From Lama glama (lineage: Eukaryota): 64,000 nucleotides of DNA. The notes beneath the pieces were generated by a model, which had not been told where the DNA came from, did not search any database, and was given only the letters and a program-made list of their open reading frames with translations. This document shows, piece by piece, positions 1 to 11,050 of the stretch; positions within the stretch are counted from its first letter, which is position 1, and the number at the start of each line of letters is the position of its first letter. The translations under genes were made by a program, and so were the position numbers. Location: the NCBI GenBank assembly GCA_028534125.1, contig CM052817.1, forward strand, positions 2,296,001 through 2,360,000. Reading direction: 5' to 3'.

Positions 1-265
1 CACCACACTTTGACTGAGCCCCTACTGTGAGCTGCGAGCCAGGCCCGCACCAGACAATGGGACAAAGAAATGGCTTGTCCACAAGAGCCCACTGCAGACA
101 GAGACATGGTCCAGTGACGGCCCACCCTGAGGGGCACACAGGAGACCCAGTGGAGGTGAGCAGGCCAAGGCAGAACCCAGCCTGAAACCTGGGAAGAGCT
201 GCCCACCATGGGCTGGCAGAAACCCCACCTCCCTGCAGCCTGGGAGGCTGAGCGTGGCCCCAGGC

Positions 266-700
266 ACGTGCGCATGTGTGGGTGTGTGCATGCGTGCGGG
301 TGCACGAGTGGGTGTGTGCAGCGACATGCAGAAGTGAGGTGTGCACACAGACTCACACACGTGTGCACATAGCCTGTGTGTGTGATTGTATGCATATGTA
401 TGGGTGTGTGAGTGCTTAGTATATGTGGGCAGATACATGCATGTGCATAGCGTGTGGGGTGTGCACACGTGTCTGCTTGCAGGTGCACACACGTGCATGC
501 ACACACATCCTGTGTACAGATGGTACTCGTGTGCATGTGCTGTGTCATGTATGTGGGCGTGTGCCCGAACAGTACAGATTTGTGGATGTCTGTGTGCGGA
601 TGAGTGTGCAGGCATAGAGGCACACGGATATGTGTGTACATGGATGTGTGTGTGCATGTATGGATTCGTGTGCATGTGCACGCATGCTTGTGTATGCAGG
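266..700. repeat. Degenerate (TG/CA)n alternating purine-pyrimidine simple repeat
   Basis: About 430 bp of gtgtgtgcatgtgtgcac-type sequence. It explains the His/Thr- and Cys/Val-rich pseudo-ORFs here. Confidence 0.9.
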
Positions 701-3164
701 GAGCTGGTTCAAAGAGACAGGCAACCATCTACCTGAGCTGAGGCCACTGGTGGAGCACAGAGCACCTTGCCCAGCAGGTGTGCACCCAAATTCCTCCTCA
801 TGACAGGGGTCCTAGGACCCAACGGCCTGTGGTTGTGGCCCTGGCTGGACCAAGCTTTCCCTCTGGACCCTGCTCATTGTGGGTGGGATGACGGCAAGTA
901 CACCTCGGCAGCCTCAGGATGCTCTGCTTCCACGTGGCTTCCCTTCTGAGACGCCCCACCCCTCCTCCATGCCCGCATCCCCCATCAGGACCACCTGGCT
1001 CCCCACAGTGCCCTCCCGTCACCCCTCCTGGTCCCGCCGAGCCAGGCCTGGCTGTCAGCGGCTCACCCGCTAGGCAGTCTTTCCGGGCGCGTGCTGTTCT
1101 GCCTGTTACAGGACAGTTGGGAGCAGTTTGTCAAGCTTAATTTTCAGTGTTGGGGTGAGAGGCCTCTCCAGCTCTTTACAAACAGCTCCATCCCTGCGGC
1201 CTCTGGTGCACACAAGCAGGACAACATTCAGTGCGCCTTGAAGCCCGGGCTCTCTATCCCAAGGACTCCGCAGGGACCCAGCCCTCCGCCGCCCTCAGCT
1301 CTGGGCCCAGGACCCACGGGAGAGGCTCTTCCTCCTTCCTCCTCCTGGGTTATGCCGGCAGTGTGATGCCTGCTGCCTGAGGTCAAAAGGCGGGCCAAAC
1401 ATCCCCAGGGGCCTGAGTCACTTGGCCCGCCAGGCGCTCTAGATGTCTCCTGCCTGGCCTGGCTGAAGAGCTGCGGCCTGGGCAGTGGGACGTCCTGTGT
1501 GCATTGGGCCCCCAGGACCTCTGGGTCCTTTTCTTCCAAATCCCTCATGCTGGCTGGCCTTGCTTGTGAACACATGAAGTGTTGAGTGGAGCCAGGACGC
1601 TGGATGCATCCCCCCAAAGTGCTCCTCAAAAGATGAAAACCCCTTGTGGTCAGGAGGAGACCCACATGGCTGTGCAGCTGCTGGGAGAGCCAGATCTCTC
1701 AAAAATCTACATCCGACCACCGCCACATCCCGGTTTTGGGTCTTCCTCTGGCTCCCCATGCCTCCAGGACAAGTCCACCCCCACCCCAGGGAGCACAACC
1801 AACAGGGGCCTCTCACTTCCTAAAAACTTCTGTCACTCTTCAAATGCAGCTCAGAGGTCACCTCCTCTAAGAAGCCTTCTTTGACAACCCCACTGCCAGG
1901 CTTGGAGGGGAGGAGCTGCAGGGCTCTGATGACATTCACTGCCCCCATCTCAGTGTGTGACACCATCTGCCCCAGACAACAAGCACTCAGGTAGGAGGCC
2001 TGATACAGACAAGGCCAGCGTGTGCCAACGAGGGAGGGTCAGCTGTGTGTGAGTCTTCCCTGCAAAATGCTCCCCCAGGTGCCCCAGTCAGTGGGGTCTC
2101 TTAGGCCTCCAGGACCAGGGAGGTCTTTCACAAATATGGTGCCTCTACCTTCCCTGGGTCACATACGGTCATGGCTTTGCTCCCCAAAGGGCATCAATGC
2201 CAAGGACTGGCCTGGGAGCTTTAACCTTCTTGGACAGGTCTGCCATCTGGAGTGTCTGATTTCCAGCCCAGCGCCAGCCTGAGACCCTCTTCCTCAGTGT
2301 AACTGCTTAACAAGGGTGCTGGAGCTCCACGTTGGCATCTCTGCTAAGATAGTGTGCTCTCCCGGGAAGGCCTCTGAGCTCAGGAAAGAGAGGCGCAGCC
2401 CTCAAGCCAGGCACATTTCTAGGCGTCCCCGGGGAGGTGGGAAGTTCTGACCCTTCCCGGAGACACCCTCCTATTACCCAGAGGCATCCCACTCCCTCCC
2501 CCAGCCTCAACCCCCACCGCACCCCCCTACAGGCAGAGAGCTGCCCGCTGGCCTAGGTGCGTTTCTGCTCTGCTGGGAGAAAAGGTGCTCCTGTTCATCC
2601 TAGTGAGAAATGCCACGCCTGGGAACTCCAGCTTCCTTCCCACGGTCTGTCTTCCGAAGACCTCAGGCTGCCTGGAGGTGGGGACCAGCACCTGACACGG
2701 GGCTGGAGCAGCAGTGCGCATCTGCGGAACGAATGCACAGGGACGTGGGACCCGGGTAAGCGGGGGTGACCTCAGAAGCTCGCCCCTAAGCAGAAACGAG
2801 GCACCCACGCAAAACCGCCTCTCATCCGGGCAATTCAGTTTGGGGCGTTTTTCAGAAACGGTTAGGTTAAACATCCCCCACTCTTTACAAGCTGGGCCAC
2901 GGAGCATAAGAATTAAACTTCAAATATTGCCAACATGGGTGCAGAGCTTGGGAGCCTGCCCAGGGCTTCCACGGGCACCGCCGTCATGATTCATGCTTCA
3001 GCAGCGCTTGGAAGCGGGCAGAGGAGGGAACTGCGGCCGAGGGTGGGGAGATGGTTCTGCTCCGGAGCACCGACCAGAGATGGGAGCCAGAGCGGGCCCT
3101 GGCCCTCCGCAGCACCCGTGCGCACCCAGGCAGCGTCGCGTCCTCCACCAGGCTGCGAGTGGCT

Positions 3165-3560
3165 GGCTCTCCAATCAGGCCGCGGACCCCGAGCCCGCCG
3201 GTGTTGCGCGCGAGTGTGCGCGCCCGCGGGTGCGTGTGCCCGGGGGAGGCGAGGAAGCTCCCGTCTTAGAGCAAGCTTCTGGAACTCACCGCCCAGGCCA
3301 GTCGGCACTCAGCCCCGTCCCGCAGACTGCAGGCGGCCCTGGAGGGGGCGCCCTCGCCGAGCGCGCGCCCCGCGCCACCGCCCCGGGCTCCTCCCCGGCG
3401 CCGCGCAGGCAGGTTCGCCGAGGCGGCCGCGGGCTCCGGCTCCCGGGCCCGCTCCCCCTACCCGGGCCGGCGGCCCTGGCCTGCTCGCCGGGCCGCCCCC
3501 GCCCACCCGCGCCCCGCCCCGCTGCGCAACTCTACCCAAGTTGAAAGCCGAGCCCGGGCG
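3165..3560 (+). promoter_or_regulatory. TATA-less ADRA2C core/proximal promoter (CCAAT box, GC boxes, CTCF-like motif)
   Basis: CCAAT at 3171-3175, GC box GCCCCGCCCC at 3511-3520, CTCF-like CCTGGAGGGGGCGC at 3338-3351, and no TATA box. The transcription start site cannot be determined from sequence alone. Confidence 0.55.
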
Positions 3561-4310
3561 GCGACACTCGCGCCGAGCGCCCGGTGGCGGCGGCGGCGGA
3601 GGAAGAGGCGGCGGCGGCGGCAGCGGAGCTCCAGCGAGCCAAGGCAGGCGAGGCGGCGCCCGCACGAACGAGCGAAGACCGCGGGGGGCGCCCTGCCTGG
3701 AGCAGCAGGAGGAGGAGCAGGAGGACGCGCGGCGGCGGCGGCGCCGGCGCCCTGCCCGGGAAAGTAAAGTTGGAGCCGGAGGCGGCGTGCGGGCGCGGGG
3801 GCCCAAAGGAACGGCGGCCCGCCGAGCCCTAGCCGGCCGGATGGGAGGCGGAGCGCCCGGGCCGCCGCCGCCTGCAGCCTGCGCCCCGGCTGGGCGCCGG
3901 GGCCGCGGGGCAGCTCGGGCACGCCCGCTCGGGCGCCGCGTTGCCGTGGGCTCGCGGCCGGGGCGCACCCCGTGAGCCGGGCCGAGGGCGGGGCCGCGCG
4001 AGGACCCCGGGACCTGCCCCCTCCCCCCCCCCCCGCCGCCGCCGCCGCCGCCGCGTCGCCGCTCGCTCCGGGTGCCTCCTGCTCTGCACTTACGCGTGCG
4101 GCAGCGGCGGAGAGCCCGGCAGCCACGCTCTCCGGCGCGCCGCTCGCCCGCCAAGCCACCACGGCCGAGGGCCGGCTGTTGGGCGCCGCGGTCCCTGGCG
4201 GGCGCGCCCGAACAGGCGACGATGCGGGCGCCGACCCGGGCTGCGGGGCGCCCAAGCTGCCGCGGCTGCGCCCCGGCTCCAGGCGGGACCGCGTAGCTTG
4301 CGGGAGGACC

Positions 4311-5696
4311 ATGGCGTCCCCGGCGCTGGCGGCGGCGCTGGCGGCGGCGGCGGCGGCGGCGGGTCACAACGCGAGCAGCGCCGGCGAGGGGGGCAGCGGC
4401 GGGGCCGCCAACGCCTCGGGGTCCGCCTGGGGGCCGCCCCCGGGCCAGTACTCGGCGGCTGCCGTGGCGGGGCTGGCGGCCCTGGTGGGCTTCCTCATCG
4501 TCTTTACCGTGGTGGGCAACGTGCTGGTGGTGATCGCCGTGCTGACCAGCCGAGCACTGCGTGCGCCGCAGAACCTCTTCCTGGTGTCGCTGGCCTCGGC
4601 TGACATCCTGGTGGCCACGCTGGTCATGCCTTTTTCTCTGGCCAACGAGCTCATGGCCTACTGGTACTTTGGGCAGGTGTGGTGCGGCGTGTACCTGGCG
4701 CTCGACGTGCTCTTCTGCACCTCGTCCATCGTTCACCTGTGCGCCATCAGCCTGGACCGCTACTGGTCCGTGACGCAGGCCGTCGAGTACAACCTGAAGC
4801 GCACCCCGCGCCGCGTCAAGGCCACCATCGTGGCTGTGTGGCTCATCTCGGCCGTCATCTCCTTCCCGCCGCTGGTCTCACTCTACCGCCAACCCGACGG
4901 CGCCGCTTACCCGCAGTGTGGCCTAAACGATGAGACCTGGTACATCCTGTCCTCCTGCATCGGCTCCTTCTTTGCCCCCTGCCTCATCATGGGCCTGGTC
5001 TACGCACGCATCTACCGCGTGGCCAAGTTGCGCACGCGCACGCTTAGCGAGAAGCGCGAGCCCGCGGGCCCCGACGGCGCGTCCCCGACCACGGAGAACG
5101 GTTTAGGTGCGGGCGAGAATGGGCACTGCGCGCCCCCGCTCCGCCCACGGGCCGACGTGGATCCGGAGGACAGTAGCGCGGCAGCCAAGAGGCGCCGGCG
5201 CCGGGGCGCGCTGCGGCGGGGCGGGCGGCGGCGCGCGGGCGGCGAGGGAGCCTCGGGTGCTGACGGGGCGGGGCCCGGGTCGGGGACGGCCGAGCCGGGC
5301 GCGCTGGCGGCCGAGAGGTCCCCAGGCCCCAGCGGGCGCCTTTCGCGCGCCAGCTCGCGCTCCGTCGAGTTCTTCCTGTCGCGGCGGCGCCGGGCGCGCA
5401 GCAGCGTGTGCCGCCGCAAGGTGGCCCAGGCGCGCGAGAAGCGCTTCACCTTCGTGCTGGCGGTGGTCATGGGCGTGTTCGTGCTCTGCTGGTTTCCCTT
5501 CTTCTTCAGCTACAGCCTGTACGGCATCTGCCGCGAGGCCTGCCAGGTGCCCGTCCCGCTCTTCAAGTTCTTCTTCTGGATCGGTTACTGCAACAGCTCG
5601 CTCAACCCGGTCATCTACACTGTCTTCAATCAGGACTTCCGGCGCTCTTTCAAACACATCCTCTTCCGACGGAGGCGAAGGGGCTTCAGGCAGTGA
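4311..5696 (+). CDS. ADRA2C: Alpha-2C adrenergic receptor (class A GPCR), intronless, 461 aa
   Basis: ATG at 4311 in a strong Kozak context (ACC ATG G) starts [10 protein letters not shown].... The protein has two N-terminal NAS glycosylation sequons and seven hydrophobic segments with GN (TM1), LASAD (TM2), the amine-binding Asp in LALDVLFC plus DRY (TM3), [10 protein letters not shown] (TM5), CWFP (TM6) and NPVIY (TM7). It has a long Gly/Arg-rich third intracellular loop. The C-tail [15 protein letters not shown] lacks the palmitoylated Cys, which is diagnostic of the 2C subtype. Stop TGA is at 5694-5696. The ORF-track start at 3972 is a GTG, not the canonical start. Confidence 0.98.
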   Translation: MASPALAAALAAAAAAAGHNASSAGEGGSGGAANASGSAWGPPPGQYSAAAVAGLAALVGFLIVFTVVGNVLVVIAVLTSRALRAPQNLFLVSLASADILVATLVMPFSLANELMAYWYFGQVWCGVYLALDVLFCTSSIVHLCAISLDRYWSVTQAVEYNLKRTPRRVKATIVAVWLISAVISFPPLVSLYRQPDGAAYPQCGLNDETWYILSSCIGSFFAPCLIMGLVYARIYRVAKLRTRTLSEKREPAGPDGASPTTENGLGAGENGHCAPPLRPRADVDPEDSSAAAKRRRRRGALRRGGRRRAGGEGASGADGAGPGSGTAEPGALAAERSPGPSGRLSRASSRSVEFFLSRRRRARSSVCRRKVAQAREKRFTFVLAVVMGVFVLCWFPFFFSYSLYGICREACQVPVPLFKFFFWIGYCNSSLNPVIYTVFNQDFRRSFKHILFRRRRRGFRQ

Positions 5697-6226
5697 CCCG
5701 CGCACCCTGCCTGGCGCCGAGACCCTGGACAGCTCCGGGCGGAGGGGGCGGGCAGGTGTGGCGCCCGAGGAGAAAGTGGGAGCAGCTTTCCCAGAGACCC
5801 AGGGACGGATTGGCCTCCAGGGAGCAGGGGAGGGTGCGGCAGGACTGGAGCGAGGGCTGAGAAACACACGGTCCCTGGGGAGGGGGAAGGAGAAAGGGGA
5901 GACCCCTCTGCCTTCTCGCCTCAGCAAGGGGCTGCTTCTGAGGCTCCAGGCCTGGGTCCCACTCCGGGGTCCTGCCAGGGTGTGGCTGTGAGGTCAGGGC
6001 CGTGGACCGCAGTGGTGTGCATCCTCCCAGGTGTGTGAGAACGGAGCCTGCCCACTCCCCCAACATGTGCCACCACCCCATCCACCGCTGAGCAAGGGCT
6101 GACTTCTGGGGACCAGTGGGGCAGCTTCCCAGGGAGAAGAAAAAGGGCACTGACAACCTTTGACTACGGAAGGTATTTAAATGTTTGCCAAAAACGACTG
6201 ACAGCCAACACAACCAAACTTTTCTA

Positions 6227-6232
6227 AATAAA
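6227..6232 (+). terminator. Polyadenylation signal of ADRA2C
   Basis: AATAAA about 530 nt after the stop codon, at the end of an AT-richer 3' UTR block and followed by GT-rich sequence (6247-6262). Confidence 0.85.
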
Positions 6233-9200
6233 CCTTTGTAACCTACGTGTCGGGCTCTGTCGCCTGCCCGTCAGCGCCGGTGGGGTACCTGCCCGCCCCT
6301 CGCCCTACCTGACCTCCCCTGAGTGTGGGAGGAGGGCACCCCGGGCTGCCAGACTCAACCCCTCTTGGATGGGGTCTTTGTTGAAAACTGTTTCACATAC
6401 AAAATATGCAGTCAAACTTTTTGTGCTGTAACTGGCCAAGAGGCGAAAGAAATCAGGAGACCCCAAACTGACGCCAGATTTAGATCCTGGGGGACTGCCC
6501 TCCTTCGTAATTCTCCCCCCACCTCTGAGTCTAGGTTTCCCCCGGTGCAGCGCAGCCTTGCCCCCTTGCTCACCCCACACGGAGGCTTGAGGAGGAGTGG
6601 CTAGAAGGAGGGAGAGTAACGTGTGGGAGAGGGTCTCCCCCCACGCTCTTCCAGCCCCAGCAGAGAGCCCAGAAGCTCCTGGGAAGGCTGGTGGGGAGGG
6701 GTGGGAGCAGGGCCCCTGCGGCGCGCACACACACGCTTAGTGGGCTGGAGGGGCTTGTGCTGGGGACCTGTGCTGTGACCACCCACCCCCGTGCCTGCAC
6801 TGTCCCTCATCGGCCCCTGCCTGCCAGCCTGTCTCTCTCCTGGGCCACTACTCATCTGTCGTCGGTCTGCGGTGGCCACAGATCTGTCTCAGGGAGGAGT
6901 CAGCCCTGGGTCCTGCCTTTCCAGCCCCTGTCTCCTGCATCAGGGGCCAGGGCAGGTCCCTTTCCTCTTCTGACTTACCAGGGCTGCCCTTGGAGAAGCC
7001 GCCTGTAGCTGCCTGGCCTCATCACCTCAAGCCATATGTCCTCAGGGTACTCCAACTGGGAAGAGCTCTCCCAGACAGGGGGCCTGGTGGGGAGAGGGGC
7101 TGAGAAAATGGCCAGCCAAGGCCACCTGGAACATCCCTGACCCCCCACCACCAGGCAGATGTGTCCATGTTGTGGGCTCTGTTGCAGGATTGCTGAGCTA
7201 ACTCAGATGCACCTTGGCCCTCTCTGGGCCTCAGTACCCCTCCTGTGAAGTGGAGCGGGAGCTGAAGCTTCAGGCCCTGCCAGGCTTGTAGTCTCCGGTC
7301 CAACTTGCCAGCCGAATGGGGGGCCCGTGATGCTAGCCTTCCCTCGGAGAGAGCCTGACCAACACTGGTATTGCTGTCTCAGTGCAGTGGGTTAATGACA
7401 CTGCCCCCACCCCCCTGGGGGCTCTTGGGGACTGAACTCGGAGTGTCCAGCAGGAGCACGTAGCCTGGAACACAGCCCACGGAAGAATGTCAACGAACCC
7501 TCCTCCTTTTCCTTCCCGAATGCCGAGCACTGCACCTTCCAGGGCTGTGGCTGGGACCGTAGCGCCCGGCACTTAATATCCCATTCAGCCAACAGACGTT
7601 CTCAACTCGATCATAATTGCTGCCTGGAGAGACTTTCTTTTCAGCTGGATCAACAGAGACAGAACCTGGCTTATCACCCTGCCTGCTGCAGGGAAACGGG
7701 CCGGCTGCCTTGCTCCGAGTCTCCGGCTCCATCGATGAAGTGGGGGCGCTGACATCCCACAGAGGGTGCCCTTGAGCACTGACTGCTCCCAGCTGGCCCG
7801 GGAGCCACCATGCAGGGGATTTCCCTGGTGTACAAAGGAGGGGCCCCAAGCTCGTCCAGCCTCATCCACTGTGCACGCTCATTCCCGCAGGGCTCTCCTC
7901 TCGTATAGCATCCTCCTGTCTGCGCCCTGGTGCCGAGCTCATCTGTGGCTGGGGCAACTGAGGCCCGGGACCCACAGGTGTGCGGGAGGGCAGAGCCGGG
8001 CATGAGCCCAGAAACAGCCAGCTCCGGAGAGTCCTGCCCCAAGCCCTCTGGCGCCAGTGCCCTCCGAGCTCGGCGAGCCTGGGCCCCGCGCTGGAGAAGC
8101 ATTGCACACAACCGCCTTCCTGCCCTGGGATGCCCCTTGGGCTCCTGGGAGATTTCAGGCAAAATAAAAAAGCACCCACAACGAGATCAAGGAGGGCAGA
8201 GCCCTGACGGGGGTTGGCTTCAGTGCTGTACCCAGCTCCAGCCCACTGCTCGTGCAGCCGTTGGGACGTGCGTAGACAGACGTTCATTTAAATTAACTCC
8301 TATGTCTTAATTCAACTGCCGAGTTTGTGGAAAAGGGGGAGAAGAATCATCCAAATATTCCGTTACAGCTCAGTATGCAATTAAAAGAAAAAAAACCACT
8401 CACTTGGAGCAGGCAGAATTGCTAACACTTTAGAAGAGCAGCTCCAGTCTTTGGCTCCTGCCCCCGGCTCCGGGGGTGGGGGCTGAGGATGGGAGAGAAC
8501 TGGTTGCCGAGGCACCTGCTGGCGAGGAAGCCATCCTTCCCGGCTGTGCTGGCAGCCGGCTGTATTTTTATATCACATCCGTCGGCAGGGCTCAAATATT
8601 CCAGTGCAGCCTCAGATCAAAACACTGGGCGCCTGCAGGCCCATCTTGAGTCTGGCTGGGCAGCTGTGGCGCTTTGCTGAGCTGAACCCGGCAGAGGGGA
8701 GGCGGCAGGCAGCCCGGCTGAAGGCGCCCTGCGCCCAGCCGGGCCCCTGTGGGCTCCGGGGCCCCTGGCTGTGCTGCGTGTCAGCCTGTGGCTGTCCCTG
8801 GGCAGTGATGGGTGCCTTCTCTGCTTGCCAGGGGCCATCCATGGGGCATTATGTGGATGCAGGTGGGCTTCACAGGGACGGGGGGTGTGAGTTAGTAGGA
8901 GGCCAGCTCATCGGAGCTGTGTAGAGAAGAGGGGACCTAGGCGAGGCATCCCACCTTGTGGACCCGGAGTCCCTGCTCTGAGTCTGCCGGGGGGGGGGGG
9001 CCAGGAGGCTGCAGCATGCCCCCAGCCCTGCCCATCTCGGAAGGTCAGCTTCATGTTGACCAGCTGGACTACTGAAAGCGTCACATGTAGCTGAGTTGGG
9101 GCCGAGGAGGGTGAAGGGTGTGGGCGGTAGAAGCACCCCATCAGCCTGAAGGGGACCCCAGCAGGCGCCCTGGGTCCACTCCCCACGTGACCCCAGCCCC

Positions 9201-10854
9201 ACGTCCCACCATCTGTAAATGGTGCACACCCTCTCCTGGCTGGGTGGGGACACGCATATGAGACGGTCTGTGACCTCCAGGTGGCGGGGCACAGTGTCTG
9301 TGAAATCTGCCCAGGGAGCAGTCAACTGCCAACCCTGGGCCAAAGGAAATCCCTGGGGACAAAATGTGTTTCTTTCCTGCCAAAAGAATTTGTTCCCAGT
9401 GAAAGCCTCGGGCACAATGGGGTCATTATGTCAAGATAAGGGATCACCATGCAGGGTGGAGTGGAAGCGCTGGCCTGGAAGGCCCTGTTGAAGGGCCTCC
9501 GCTCTGGTGGCTGAGCACAAAATGTGCCGCGAGCTGCCTGGCAGTGATGGGGAAAAAGGAAACAGGTGTGCCCTGCTGTCTGCTGCTAAGTTGATAGGAA
9601 GAGCTGAGACCCACCTGTTGGCCTCTGTGAAACCACCGCAAAGACTGCCCAGGCCGGGCGCCATCCCACAGGCCTCTGTGACTCTGGGGAGACTGCCTCT
9701 AGGGGTGGGGGCTCTGGAGACCACGCAGAACCCTGGGAGATCATTCACACCATAGTGCCTGTTGGGGTGGGGGAATGGCCAGTTCTCAGCCCCCGGGGTC
9801 CAGCGTCCCTCACTAGCTGCACCAGATAAGGCCATTTCCCATTCATCCCACCAACCCTCAGGGCGGTACCTCCCTGACTTGGAGCTGCAGAACTGTGAGC
9901 CTGAGGGGCAGGGCAGTCATAGGAGAGGGGCCTGCCTGGTGTCCAAGACTGGGGCCTGTCTGCAGTCTCCATGTCCTGGTGCCAGAATGAGCCTTAGGGG
10001 CTGCAAAGCCTGCCTGGCACAAGCCCCTGCAGCCCCTCCCACCCCCCACAGCCTGGGGTCAAGCCCGGGCTCTAAGGGCCCTCAGGCCTGTGCGCACCCA
10101 CCTCATGCTCCGCCCTCTGCCAGGAGCACCTTTCCTGTCTTTATGCAAGTGTCTCTCATAGGGCCAGCCAGGCTCACACCCGAAAGCCTTTTGGAGCCTC
10201 CATCCCTGCCCTCCCCAGCTGCAGGTCCCCAAGGCTGGCCAGGCACTGCCCCCTGCCCCCAATGCAGGGGTGGAGGGTGGGGTGGGGCTTGGGGGACAGA
10301 GCGACTCCGAGCACGGAGACAATGTGTCTTCCTGGCCAGCAGAGCAGGCCTCCCTCGGGGATGCAGGGCTATCCTCCTTCTCCCACAGAGAAGCCCCCAG
10401 AGGTCATCTCTGGACAGCAAACCTGAGAGCCGTCCAGGGCGTGCCCACTGCGGATGCCCTGCGACTGGCTTTCAGGCTGTTGGGAGGAAACTTTGAGCAG
10501 CCAAGTCAGGAGTGCTGGTGGCAGCTGGGGGCCGTGGCCCGCGGGCCGGGCTCGGGGCGTGGGGATCTCCCGCTGCACGTGCGGGCCCAGCTGCTGCAGC
10601 CATCTGTTCAAATATTGGTGGGTGGGCTGTCCCTCTCATTTAATTAGCTCCTAACGGACTGTGCAGCATCTATGAAAACAAAAGGCTCTCCATGTGGCTT
10701 TCAGGAGTCTGGCTGGATACCTCGAAGAGCTCTGGGTGGAATTTACCCCAAGGGTGGTCCAGAGCAGTCGCCCCCTCCCCATCCTACAGAGAGGCCCAGA
10801 GAGGCGAGTCGTGATGGGGAATAATCACACAGAACAGACGTGATTGTGAGCCCG

Positions 10855-11050
10855 GCAACTAGTGTTTGTTGTGTGCCTTCCGCGTGCCAGCCTGGGGACG
10901 GCGCTCTGAGTGTTTCCTTCTCACGATTCTGCCAGTGTGGGTGGCTAGTCCCACTTTACGGATGAGAAAACTGAGCTCCAGAGAGGGGCTGATGTGATGA
11001 GAAGCTGCCTCGTAGCCAGATGCTATTCGCATTACTGGCCCCACCTTGCT
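10855..11050 (-). mobile_element. MIR SINE fragment
   Basis: Contains the MIR core cccactttacggatgagaaaactgagctccagagagg. Confidence 0.7.

Larger units (their letters stand above)
3060..5780. promoter_or_regulatory. CpG island covering the ADRA2C promoter, leader and CDS
   Basis: Very high G+C with dense CpG from about 3.06 to 5.78 kb, in contrast to the CpG-poorer flanks. Confidence 0.92.

Noticed and set aside
22..736. His/Thr-rich and Cys/Val-rich ORFs
   Set aside because: They are translations of the (CA/TG)n simple repeat.
3271..3287. Heat-shock-element-like gCAAgcTTCtgGAAc in the promoter
   Set aside because: Only two perfect nGAAn units, which is too weak to call without conservation data.
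3972..4310. ORF-track start giving a 574-aa receptor
   Set aside because: It starts at GTG. The canonical ADRA2C N-terminus MASPAL begins at ATG 4311 in a strong Kozak context. The extension is kept only as a speculative finding.
3309..4736. 475-aa antisense ORF and other long ORFs overlapping the CpG island (2935-3975, 3458-4312, 5103-5927, 5107-5991)
   Set aside because: These are shadow frames of the GC-rich ADRA2C CDS and CpG island. They are low-complexity Arg/Gly/Ala/Pro sequence with no domain signature.
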